Below are positions 25,490 to 36,870 of a stretch of 64,000 nucleotides of DNA, one piece after another. Position numbers and translations under genes: made by a program. Below the pieces are notes generated by a model. That model did no database searches. It was not told the DNA's origin and was given only the letters and a program-made list of their open reading frames with translations. Numbering within the stretch: the first letter of the stretch is position 1; the number at the start of each line of letters is the position of its first letter. This stretch comes from Camelus ferus (taxonomy: Eukaryota), in the NCBI RefSeq assembly GCF_009834535.1, contig NC_045707.1:60204001-60268000 (forward strand), in the 5' to 3' direction.

Positions 25490-27125
25490 CAAAACAACCT
25501 CAGACTAAAACAGAATACGAAAAGAAGCACTTGTTTCTTGCTCAGTTTTGCTGCTGTCCTGGGGCAGCTTTGTTTCAGGTAGCAGTCACTGGAGTGGTCC
25601 TCCTCTGCCCGTTTCTTATCCTTCTCCTGAGACCAGGAGGCCCTCAGAGGCTTGTTCTTTTCATGACAGTGGCAAAAAGGCAAGAGCCACCACTCAGGCA
25701 TATTTTAAGCATTTGCTGGCACTATGGATGTGAAAATACCATTTGCCAAAACAAATCACATGGCCAAGCCCAAGGTCAAAGTGGAGAGACTCTCATATAG
25801 AAAAATGGAGGTGAGGGAATAAAGCGAATATTTTTAAACAACAATCTAGTCCTGTCTAATGTTTACAAATAGTCATATTCATTTCATATGCAAAATGTAT
25901 TCACTCCCATCTCAAGTCCCTCCACCCAAATCTCATCCATTAGATAACATCAGACTCAAAGTCCAGGATCTCAGGACCCACATCAAGTCTAGATGTGCCT
26001 CCTCTTTTTCAGAAACCCAAGATCGAAATGGGCAGACTATCTCCCTCTTCTCATCCAAAATACAATAACAGAATAAGGACAGGATAACCACAATAAACAA
26101 TCCCATTCGAAAAAAGGCAAGAATGAGAGACACGTGGCAACCAATGGTCCATAGCAATTCTGAAGGCCCACTATAAATGTGTTGCAATGTTCTCCCAAGG
26201 GGAGAAAATGTTTCTTGGTTTGGTCCAAGTTCTGATCCCTGCAAGTCTCTGCCTAGTCCTTTGTTCTCCAAGCTGTTGACAAAGCCCTCTATGGGTGTGG
26301 TGGACATCCTTCCTTCTACATTCTCTTCCTTGGCCTTCTGACAAGGACGCTGGAAAATATACCATTCCTAAATCCTAAGTAGCTTTCACAGCCTGCTTCC
26401 TGTGAACAGAATGCTAAGATGTCATTTTTTTAAACTCATATAGTCTTAGTCCCTGTTAGTCCAGCCTGGGGTTGTTTTCATCCAGGCTGGAGTTAGTCCA
26501 GTTCAGTTTTCTCAAAGACTTTGGGGTACTCCCGTGTATTAGAGTCTAATCAACACCATTTGCTGAAAACCACACCCATCATTCTTTCTGAGACACATCC
26601 CTCTTTTCAGACTCAGTTATATGTACTTCAGGCACATCAGCTTCTGTAAAGTAGACTTAATGCAATTCAACAATAATTACTTATTTTTCCTCCTTTTTTT
26701 TTTCTTAATTACTTATTTTTCAATCATAAGTTTGCAGGTCATTTGGGGCAACTCTGCTTCAGCATGTAGATTCACATTATGGGGGAGCTGGGGTGGCTCT
26801 GCCCCATGAATCTTTTATTCTCCTCCTGGGACCAGCAGGCTCTCCAGAGGTCATGTTTACTCAGGGCAATGGAAGAAATGCAAGAGTGGCCTCCAAGTGC
26901 ACTCTGGAAATGAATGAAAGGGTGGGCACACAGACACCTACCCTCCTTGTGCCCAGATGGGCACATCCCTTTAGTTCCTTTACCAAACCAGTGATGTGGC
27001 CCCACACCCATTGCAGAAGGGCTGAGAAATGCAGACCCTGGCTGGGAAGCTGCTTCCCAGCCATGACTCTACACTGTGGAAGGGAAGCTCAAATCTTTGG
27101 AACTCAACTGGCCTCTTCCACCATG
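25490..27125 (-). mobile_element. Old MaLR (MLT1H/J-like) LTR-internal-LTR remnant; last ~200 bp resemble MLT1K/L
   Basis: Two LTR-like copies (ctcctgagaccaggagg near 25625, ctcctgggaccagcagg near 26825) flank MLT-internal motifs (catatgcaaaatgtattcac, caaagtccaggatctc, acaggataaccacaataaacaatcccattc). Confidence 0.65.
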
Positions 27126-28967
27126 ATGGAGAAAAGTTTCACTATACAACCTTACACAAAGGAAAACACATTAAAAATATATACAGTATAATGTCACTTC
27201 TATGACCTATCCAGAGAGCTCAATGTGGTAAGAGATGTTAATGTATTTGTAGATCTAGATGAATAGAGAAAAAAATCGAGTTATATATTACAAGTGGTTA
27301 TTGACACATAGGGAGGTTACAAGCAGTTTTATTTTCTTTTCACTTATATACAAATATGAAAAATTTATACTCTAAAAATTAGGGTAAATTTTTTTCTTTT
27401 TAATATTTTTAATCAATAGCACTAGCTAGAGTATTAGACACATTATAATCTCTTCTCTTCAATTGTGTACTGTTTTTCCTACACAGCAATTAACAAGAAC
27501 GTGTCAAAGGGAGTACACACATATATCAATGATACATTCCCTCAGCCTATTCTGTCTTTAAGCAATGATTTGTTTTTGCTGTTCACCTAGAAATAATGGC
27601 ACATTTTGGAGAAAATTGCTCCAATGACTTTTCTATAGAATTTTTTTTTAAAAAAAAAGCTACTGGAGAGAGCAGTATTTAGATGAAATGCTAAAATGAC
27701 TCAACTACAGAGATAAAAAATTGCCTGTAGCTTAGAAGATTTTATAATATGACAATTTGTCTTAAAGATAGTTAAGAAATAATTCTCCAAGAAAAAGAAT
27801 ATCTCTGAAATCAACTATTTAAAATCTGTAATATAGAGTAAAATTTTTATAATGAGAAAATAATAAAATGCTATAAAAAGCACAAACAAATTTCTTTTTT
27901 ACAGCATAGTGATATTTGCTATTTTCTCTAACGATCTGTCGTAAGACATTGTCATTCTTTTCTCACTTTTTCCTTCATTTTAGAAAAAAGAAGTACCCAT
28001 TTTTAATTTCTGTCATTTCTTTCGAAAGAAATGATTACGCTTGGATTTTTGGTCTGCCACCAATCTTGATCATTCTTCTGAGAACACTCACAAAACCCTA
28101 CATTACTCTGGATATGTCGACAGGCAAAGGCATTACCTTTCAGCATACAGAAAGAGCAGGGGTAAAGGCTCTCTCCTTGTCATTTTAAAAGGAACTATTT
28201 CAGTGGCCTTGGTGTCAAGGTCTACGTCAGCAGATATGTTCCCAAGAGACAGAAGAGCACAAGGGACATAGAAATTAATGTTCCGACCTTTCCCCTGTGG
28301 TCTCTCTTCTGAATAGATTCATGTTGACAAAGAGTCACTGTCATCTTACATTTGGTCATCTCTGTCCACCAAAGGAGACTGAATGTGTACTAGCCAAACC
28401 ATTCACTTAAATTGCTTCTCATGAAGGTAATTTGTAAACTACAGTTCAAGAATTTCCTTTATAAATGATTTCTTACTGCTAGTGAAACTGCAGTCTTCAA
28501 TCATCAGAAGCCAAAATAAATAATGAGTTTTAAAGTTTTATTCCAAGTTTTATTCACCTAAATCTAATGTTTTAGTCCCCATCTTGATCTTTCTGTCACA
28601 GAACCCTTGCCAACTATCCCCTGTAAAGAGAAAACTTTTCAGAGTATCATAAAATATAAAGAGGCAAGGTACAAGACAAATCAGCACTAGTCCATTTTTC
28701 CATGAAGGTTAACATCTAATTGGGAAGATAAAGCAGATGTGGAAAATTATCTAGAAACTACGATAATAATATTATCAGTGTGGTGCCATTCCACGTGATA
28801 AAAAAGCAAGAAATCTGCCTCATGGAGTTCACTGTCTCCCTCTGAATTATTTAAAATCCTGGAGGTTTACATGGTGCAAAGGGGATTTGGTCTGCCACCT
28901 CCTGCCTATTGGAGAGGTCATTTATATCTGCAACATACTCAGTGCCTAATAATGAGGTCTCCAAGGA

Positions 28968-29151
28968 GAGATTGCCTGGGTCTCTGTCTTTGAATTCTGC
29001 CACTTTCTAGATTTGGTAATTTATTCCCTCCCTTGGCTTCAGTTGCCTCACCTAAAAAATAGATAGAGAGAATTAAATAAATTAATTCTTGCAAAGAGCT
29101 TAGAATAGTGCATCGTATGTAGTTAAGTGCATGATGAATATTAGCTATTAA
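28968..29151 (+). mobile_element. MIR SINE
   Basis: gattgcctggg, gcttcagttgcctcacctaaaaaat, gcaaagagcttagaatagtgc, tattagctatta. Confidence 0.75.
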
Positions 29152-29485
29152 TAGGTTGCTAGCCGCCACACGGTGTTATTGTTGAAAACATGTCCTCCAA
29201 AGCTGCCTACTCTGTGATGACACATCACTAGCTATTACCGTGCAGGTCACCATCCGACCTCCTCAGGGCTAAGCGTGGCAAAGGATGACCCACACTTGGA
29301 CTCCACAGGGTTGCAGCTTTGACTTATCAGCTCTTTAGGGGCTACTCCCAGCCATCTCACAGAACAACAGCCAGCATCCACAGTGCGTGACTGGGAATGA
29401 GTCAGATGGTGACCTCTTCAAAGACCCTAACTACTGCCACTTTCCCTTCCTGTAAGAGATCCATGCAAAGAATTAAGACAACTTC

Positions 29486-29653
29486 TTTGTTATTTTTTAA
29501 TTAATTAATTAATTTTTTTGTTTTGTTTGTGGGGGACAGTAATTAGGTTTACTTATTTATATTAATTTGTTTCTTAATGGAGGTACTGAGGATTGAACCC
29601 AGGACCTCATGCATGCTAAGCATGCCCTCTACCACTGAGCTATATACCTCCCC
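29486..29653 (-). mobile_element. Vic-1 camelid SINE
   Basis: gtaattaggtttacttattt...ggaggtactgaggattgaacccaggacctcatgcatgctaagcatgccctctaccactgagctata. Tail and TSD are degenerate. Confidence 0.92.
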
Positions 29654-29979
29654 TCAAAATAACTCTTTTTTTAATCACAAAGTCATGACACATGAAGGAT
29701 GTAATTATATACTTTACCGTAGAACATAGGGTTACCCACAGGATCACCACTTCAGTCCAGCTAGGGAGACTTCTGAATGGGGATGCCTTCTGTGACTCAA
29801 AGGTGACTACTCCCTAAAGAAGTCTCCCATAAGATGCTTCTTCAGGCATCCTACACTTTCATTTATGGGGTGAAGGGCAAGGATGTGGACTGCCTTTGGT
29901 GATTCCATCATTATGTGCCCTCTCATGAAAGAAGAAAAGTTTAATCTCTGATGAGGTGTGGCACTACCATAAAAACAAA

Positions 29980-30190
29980 AAATTATTTATTAAGTACATA
30001 TAATTTATCAGACAACAGGTGAAGTACTTCATATGTGCCATCTCATTTAATCTCCTACAACCTTCTGAGGTAAGCATTACTATTATCCTGTTTAGTGAAG
30101 AAGAAATTGAGAAGATAAAGAAGTTAAAATTATATAGCTGGTCAGCAGTAGAGGTGGTATTCAGATGCTATAATCTGTGTACTTACCCAA
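29980..30190 (-). mobile_element. MIR SINE
   Basis: atctcatttaatctcctacaaccttctgaggtaagcattactattatcc, gaagaaattgag. Confidence 0.75.
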
Positions 30191-30494
30191 TCTGAAGTAT
30201 CTACACAGTAAAGGAGTGGCCCTAGTCTACTGAGATTAATCAAAGCTGGCTACCTTTTCCATTAAAATGTATTTTGGGAGTGAAAGAATGATGGTTTAGG
30301 AGAACATAGCATAGTAGTGCTGAATGTAGGTTTTCTATGCATAGAAAAGGATCTATGTTCATTTGGGAAGTTCAGGCTAAATTATACAATTAATTCAATA
30401 ACTTCTATAGATGTTAAATAATTTTCTATTTTCTCCTTAGGAAAGATTATTTGAAACGAAAGAGTGAAAACAATTAGCCTTGAACTAGAAATGG

Positions 30495-30880
30495 CAGTCA
30501 CTGCCTATCTGCCCATTGCCTCTTTCAAATAAGTTGCTTCTGCTCAAGGCCTCCAGAACCCTGTTTGAACCACACCATTTGCTTCCCACTACTGACCCAG
30601 ATGGGAATAACTGATCCAAAATGAGCCAGTCCATAGGTTAAATTGAATCAATTAGATATCCACTCTTCAAATTTCAAGAAATATGGCAACTAAGCCAACT
30701 GGTCTTTGAGTCACATTAACAGTAGACTACAAGAGGAAAGGGCCATGTGTCCCGAAGGCAGAGGCTTGGCTCCCCACCCTTCCAAGGGAGGCCTGATTAT
30801 TATTTCTTGCAAAAAATCCACTTTGTTCAGTGCTTACAAGAGGTTCCTATTCCTGTAACCAAATAATTCTGTTCAAGAAA
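30495..30880 (+). mobile_element. Old ERVL-type LTR (LTR16-like)
   Basis: actgatccaaaatgagccagtc...gaatcaattagat and a 3' end ggttcctattcctgtaaccaaa; heavily diverged. Confidence 0.4.
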
Positions 30881-30882
30881 AT

Positions 30883-31082
30883 ACTTAATAAGCATCTGTT
30901 ACATATTGAGCTCAGTACTATCCTAAAAAGCACTCTATTGTATAGGTACATCTTTTTCCATTTTATAGGCGAGAAAACTTGAGACTCAGAGAGGAAAAAG
31001 GGTTTTCAAAATCACACAGCAAAAATATGGCAGGCCTAAGATTAAACCCAGGTCTATTTGATTCCAAAGCCAGTAATCTTTA
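30883..31082 (-). mobile_element. MIR SINE
   Basis: ccattttataggcgagaaaacttgagactcagagagg, aatcacacagc, attaaacccaggtctatttgattccaaagcc. Confidence 0.8.
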
Positions 31083-31705
31083 CATTTTCAAACATCTCTA
31101 ATTACACTTATATATTTATTGTGTATGATATTGTATCACTTATTGCATATAATATTGTATTGTATTATAGATAATATAAAAGTAAACAATGCTTAAATCA
31201 ATGCTAACATGACTTAATAAAGTTAAAGATTTCCAAAGCCATATTAATCTAACAAGAGATTTTTCTTATATAATAATAACTCAAAATAAACTATATTCAG
31301 GCTTCTATTTAGAATGTATTACTCTGGAAAGAGTGGTGCTCCTGCCCTTTGAAGAAAAAAAATCTAGTAATCTGCAAATTCAAAACTTTCATCAAACATT
31401 TGAGGTCTCAGGGCAACAAATGAACCCCAAATCTAAAGACAGATATGAGATGAGAAGGACAGGTCCTTGTTTACCTGGGGAAGACACTGGGAAACACATA
31501 CGATGGTAAGAAGAAAGCAATCAAATTGTTTAACAAATTGTTAAAAGCCAAGTGTAATCTAGTACAAGAGTATAGAAACGCTGGCAACTACAAACACAAA
31601 GGGGTTTGCACCTTTGCACCTACTCACAGACTCTTCTCCAGGAACCTCACCAAGTACTCACAAGAGAGACTTGGGGTAAGTAAAGAATTGGAAGAAAGCC
31701 CTTCT

Positions 31706-31828
31706 GGGGTGAGGGTATATAGCTCAAGTGGTAGAGCGCATGCTTAGCATGCACAAGGTCCTTCCCCAGTACCTTCTCTAAAAATAAATAAACATAATTA
31801 CCTCCCCCCACCAAAAAAAATAAATTTA
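31706..31828 (+). mobile_element. Vic-1 camelid SINE with deleted B box
   Basis: ggtatatagctcaagtggtagagcgcatgcttagcatgcacaaggtcct, then directly tccccagtacc. TSD gaagaaagcccttct (31691-31705) and gaagaaagcctttct (31829-31843). Confidence 0.92.
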
Positions 31829-33824
31829 GAAGAAAGCCTTTCTTGCAGAGAAGGCCTGAGGGGAAGGAATGTCACCCACTAGAGAATGGATTCTTCTCCC
31901 CATCTTCCTTAGTAACCAAAGCCTTAAGCCAATGAGGAAGGACACTGACAACTCCGTCACTCTTGGGCAAAAGTCAAGACCCACTGCACCTGGAGAAAGG
32001 GAATAGAAAAAAGTTCTCTCCCTCCAAGGGCAGGACATCATCTGAGCTCAGACGATTAGTGGTCTCCTACAACTAGGGAAGGGAAGAATAATTTGAAAGC
32101 CCTACCCCCAAGGCTCAGGGACACAGTACTCCTAGTATAGCAGAGACTACCCTGCATGCCCACCCTGAACAATGAAGCCAGCAAGCATTGAGTGAAAAAT
32201 AAATCAGCCTGCTGCTGGGAGAGGGGAAAGAAATTGGAAAGAGACACTGTCTGAGGCACAGGCACAAAGGGAAGACCTCAAGCTGAAGATGGAGCAGATA
32301 ATGAGAAAAATTCTCCAACAAAACAGCTACCACCCTAAGGACAAGGAATTTAAAGGCTATGATGTGCTGAGGATCATAATAATAATAAAACCATACCCTA
32401 CTCAATATCGCCTCCACCTCTGAAACCTAGCCAAAAAAGGCGAACATTTCCAAGCACAAATAATATTAATTGCAGTCTTTACTCTTCTACACTTAAAGCC
32501 AAACAGTCAAATAAAGCATACAACACACAAAGAGCAAAAAGTAAGCAAAAAAAGTAACACATTGCCAAAAGATAAAGCAATCAACAGAACCAGACTCAAA
32601 TATAACATAGATTTTGCAATTAACAAAGCCTTTAAAATATGATTAATATGTTGAAGGGTGTAATGGAAAAAGTGGACATCATGCATAAGCAGTTGGGGAA
32701 TCTCAGCAGAAAAATGAAAACTATAACACCAAATCACATGTAAATGGTAAAGATGGGGGGAAAAAAGGTAACAGAGATGAAGTATGCCCTTAATGGGCTA
32801 ATCAGCATACAAAATTAAAGATAGGTCAATAGAAAAAAAAAAGCACACACAAAGAAAAAAAATTTTTCAGAAAAAGAAAAAGAGCAGAACAGAAAATCCA
32901 AGAGTTGTACAGTATTAAACAGTCTAATATCTATGTAATTGGAGTCTTAGCAGAGAGAGTGAGAAAAAGACAGAACAAATACTGAAAGAAATAATGGTCA
33001 AGAATTTCCCCCGAGTTAATGAAAGACATCAAACATAGATCCAAGAAGCTCAGAGAATACCAAGTGGGATAAATATATTTTTTTTAATTTTTGGCAGAAA
33101 AAAAGAATGATATCAGACAGAATTTGGATCCACACAAAGAAATACAGATACGGAGACGATAAATGGAGATACATACATAATTCCTTTTTCCTCAATTTTA
33201 CTTACTCTAGGAGCTAACTGTCTAAAGCAATAATAGAATCATCGTTACATGTGTTTACTGCATATGTAAAAGTATAATATGTGACAACAGCTCAAAGTAT
33301 TGAGAGGGGCAGAAAACTGAGAATATACCTACTGTAAGATTTTTACACCTCACCTCACAAGAAGTGATATACTATTTGAAGGTTAATTAAAATAATGTGA
33401 TTGATTAAAATACATACTTTAAAACCTAAGGAGATTAATAAAAATTTTTGAAAGAGGCACTAAAAATAATCCAATAATGAAAATAAAATGGAATCCTAAA
33501 AATATTCAATCTGTAAAAGGGGCAGAAAAATAAAAACAAAACAAAAAACAAAATGCAACAAATATAAAACCACTAGCAACATGGTTGATTTTATCCAGTC
33601 ATATCAATAATTATATTAAAATGTAAACTATCTAAACATACCAATTAAAAGAAACTGTCAGAATGAAGAAGAAGCAAGACCTTACTATAAAACTGGGGAT
33701 GAGGTGGGACATTATATTATGATAAAGGGATGAATTCACAAGACATAACTATCTTAAATGTGAACGTACCTAACAACAATGCTTCAAAACACATCAAGCA
33801 AAAATTGATTAAAATGCAATGAGA

Positions 33825-34137
33825 GAGGATTTTTAACGAAGCAAAAATACTCTGTATGATACCTTAATGATGGATATTTGTCATTACACATTTGTCCAAA
33901 CCCACAGAATATACAACACCAAGAGTGAACCATAATATAAACTATGGACTTTGGGTGATTATGATGTGTTAATGTCAGTTCATCAATTGTAATAAATGTA
34001 CCCTCTCATGGGGGATATTCATAATGAGGGAGGCTATACATGTGTAGGGGTAAGGGGTATAAGGGAAGTCCTTTTACCTTCCCCTCAATTTTGCTGTCCT
34101 CCTTAAACTGCTCTAAAAAGTAAAGTCTTAAAAAAAA
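33825..34137 (+). mobile_element. L1MC1/2-like 3' UTR fragment nested in the older L1
   Basis: atactctgtatgatac...cattacacatttgtccaaacccacagaat...aactatggactttgggtgat...ctaaaaagtaaagtc plus A tail. TSD attaaaatgcaatgaga / attaaagttcaaggaga (14/17). Confidence 0.85.
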
Positions 34138-34469
34138 ATTAAAGTTCAAGGAGAAATAAACAAATCCACAATTTTACTTAAAGACTCCAATCCTCTCTCA
34201 GTGATTGATAGAATTAGGAAACACAAATGAGTAGAGATATTGCTAACATTGTACGTAATAGTGAAAGACTGAATGCTTTTACCTTAAGATTGGGAAAAAG
34301 ACAAGCATGTCCACTTCCACCACTCCTATTCAACATAGTACTGGAGGTCCCAGGCAGTGCAATAAGACAAGAGAAAGAATATAAAAGATAAAAGGCATAC
34401 AGTTTGGGAAAAAAAGAAAATTGCCTCTATTACAGAAAATACGATTGTCTATGTAGAATATCCGAAAGG

Positions 34470-34471
<2 letters not shown>

Positions 34472-34503
<32 letters not shown>

Positions 34504-34506
34504 ACA
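34472..34506. repeat. (CA)n microsatellite within the L1 RT remnant
   Basis: Read directly from the sequence. Confidence 0.9.
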
Positions 34507-35059
34507 AAATCTACTAGAACTAATAAGTGAGCTTATTAGCAAAGACACAGGATACAAATTCAATAAACAAAAATCAATCAAATTTCAATATAATACCAAT
34601 GAACAACTGGAAATTGCAAATAAATTGGGAAAATAAACAATGTATTTTCCCAATGGATCACTCTTCTAATTAAAGAAGCTAGAATAGTACTTAATATTTT
34701 AAATATATAGACCAAAAAAAACCTTAGTGTTAATAAAGTTGGGAAAAGATAACTTTCTTCTTGCATGGTGAATTCAACTAGATTATTTGTGTTATTTTAG
34801 AAATATCAAGCAAACTATTTCCCAGAAAAAAAAATTTGATTTCAAAGTCAATTTCTGTATCAGCTAAAGAAATATAAAATATATTTTGATCTTTACTGTG
34901 TCATGTTTAACAGTATTTGTATTGATAAATGTTATTCTTCATTTTCTACACTTGAAATATTACAGTAATGAAATGTTTGTTGAATGGACATTTTTTATAT
35001 CATATTTAAAGTGACTTTGCCCAGAAAAACAAACCCACTGGTGTGTTGCCTACTGTATC

Positions 35060-35246
35060 ATGGACCACTATGTAGCAGTTATGACAAAACTTTCCCTCCC
35101 ATGCCCACAGCAGACATCACTAATCACAGCATCTTGGTCATTTATTCTTTGACTAGGCTTAGAATCTTTCTCAGTACAGCCACCACTGACAGCGAACACC
35201 AGTCAAACAGACTTGACATGCAAGTTGAAACCTATTTAACATCCTA
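35060..35246 (-). mobile_element. MER117-like hAT-Charlie MITE
   Basis: Minus strand ggatgttaaataggtttcaacttgcatgtcaa...gagaaagattctaag...gattagtgatgtctgctgtgggcatgggaggg. Confidence 0.6.
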
Positions 35247-35522
35247 GAGTTACCACGCACCAAGTCCAAATTCCTTTGGAAATTAAGTCTCCATAATCTA
35301 ACACATCCTGACCTGCTTAGCTGTCCAATAAAATTTCCTTTCATCTCTCTGTCTTTTCCAAGTCTCCCTTTTCTTCCAGGCCAAACTCAGTCTCAACATC
35401 AACCATAAAGCCTTCCCTCAAATACTTGGATCTACAATGAATATTCACTTTTGCGAACTCCTATCCCACACATAATCAATACGACCTCTTAATTCTTAAT
35501 CTCTCCTACTTTGGGGTCATGA

Positions 35523-36305
35523 TGTTGCCAAAACTTGGCGTCCGTACCTTGATTACTGAATTGAGACTCAAGGACAGAATTCTGGATGAAGCAGAAAAGA
35601 CAGCTTTATTTCTTTGCCAGGAAAAGGAGGTCACAGTGGGTTAATGCCTCCAAGACTATGAACCTGCTGGGGAGAGAAGGTAGGGGGTTTTATACTAAAA
35701 GTTTAAGGAGCGGCATTGGTCTCCATAGAGATCACACACAGGATAACAAATCATTGCAATGTTGTTCTTTTTGCAGATGCAATGGTCCCCTTCCTTCAGC
35801 TGGGCATGTTATTTATCTACAGCCTTGGGAATCAATGACCCACATCTCCTAATATCTGTGGGCCTAGAACAAAGGGTATTTAGGAAAAGGGTCTGTGAAA
35901 AAGTGCTCTAAAGAAAAACTGGTGCAGTTTAAAAGTCAGGCTGATATGTTTCTAGTATTGAGGCAGGCTGAGACCTGGGATGTTTTGCTGCAGCATTTGC
36001 ACAGACTGGGACTTGCACCTGGAGCAACAAAATAAAAAAAAAACTAAAAGGGACTAAAAATAATTGCATGCGTGGGCAGCTGGGGCAAGTTATGAACAAC
36101 AAGGTATAAAAAACAGAAACACAACTGCCACTCCCGAGGTGTCAGGAGCAAAAGCAGGGTACTGCACCTGATCTCCACACCCAGCACTACCAAGGGGTTG
36201 GGCAGTCCGCCCAATCCCCGCCCCCACCCCCCCCTCCCAGCCCAACCCTGGTCAGCAACAGCATGAGAAAAGGCATCTAAACTATTATACAATTAAGTGG
36301 TTACA
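35523..36305 (-). mobile_element. ERV1-type solo LTR A (artiodactyl/camelid), split by LTR B
   Basis: Minus strand runs TGTAACC...GGCAACA, with AATAAA at 35605-35610 in agctttatttctttgccagg. TSD not confirmed, so the right boundary is tentative. Confidence 0.65.
35959..36260 (+). mobile_element. ERV1-type solo LTR B, internally deleted, nested in LTR A
   Basis: TGaggcaggctgagacctggga...gggactaaaaataattgcatgc...ggggcaagttatgaacaacaag...accctggtcagcaaCA. 4-bp TSD gtat/gcat. Confidence 0.75.
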
Positions 36306-36549
36306 AATACCATGTGGTCACCAATGACAATGAGTTGTGACTTTGACTCCCCAAACTGGCAAGTGTCCCATCCTACGATTATTGTACAGTCCTCCCATCA
36401 TAAAGCTGAAGGGAATACAAGAACTCAACAGCTACCACAGGTAATTTGTTCTGTTAAAAATGGGAATGTCTAATAAAAAGGACCCTGCTGATTGTGTGTG
36501 AAGAAAAAACTGCTGCCATTTAATGTTCACCAAACATTATAAATACTCC

Positions 36550-36603
36550 AGAACAACTTGTTCATATTGTTCTAAATTGTTCAAATTGTTCTAATTGTGT
36601 TCA
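36550..36603. repeat. Degenerate 9-11 bp tandem repeat with five TGTTC(A/T) cores
   Basis: agaacaacttgttcatattgttctaaattgttcaaattgttctaattgtgttca. Confidence 0.85.
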
Positions 36604-36699
36604 TATAGCTCTAATTTTTTTTCCCAAGCTTTCTTGGAAATTCCACATCTTCCAAATTTCTTCATAAACATCATTTTAATAGGTACTCTGCATCATTAT

Positions 36700-36870
36700 A
36701 CGCATATTAGAGAAAAAAAGATTGGAATGAAGTCAACCAAGTTGTTGATAGTGATTAACTTTGGCAAATTTACTGTGATATTTATTTTCATCTGTATTTT
36801 TTGTGTTTTACAAATTTTCAGTAGTTAAGAATGTACTATTTTTATACTTGGAAAAGTAAAGTTAATTCAA
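36700..36870 (+). mobile_element. L1ME-like 3' end relic
   Basis: gaaaaaaagattggaa...accaagttgttgatagtgattaactttgg...ttttacaaattttc...gaatgtactatttttata. Confidence 0.55.

Larger units (their letters stand above)
31300..34625 (+). mobile_element. Old L1 (L1M4/L1MC/L1MD-like) relic: 5' UTR, ORF1, ORF2 endonuclease start and RT fragments, with large deletions
   Basis: ORF1 remnant near 32920-33075 (NIYVIGV...EIMVKNFP...IQEAQRIP). Endonuclease start catatcaataattatattaaaatgtaaa near 33600. RT remnant from about 34242: [36 protein letters not shown]. Confidence 0.85.

Noticed and set aside
26793..27191. 132-aa ORF
   Set aside because: It runs through MLT1 LTR sequence and shows no protein similarity I can see.
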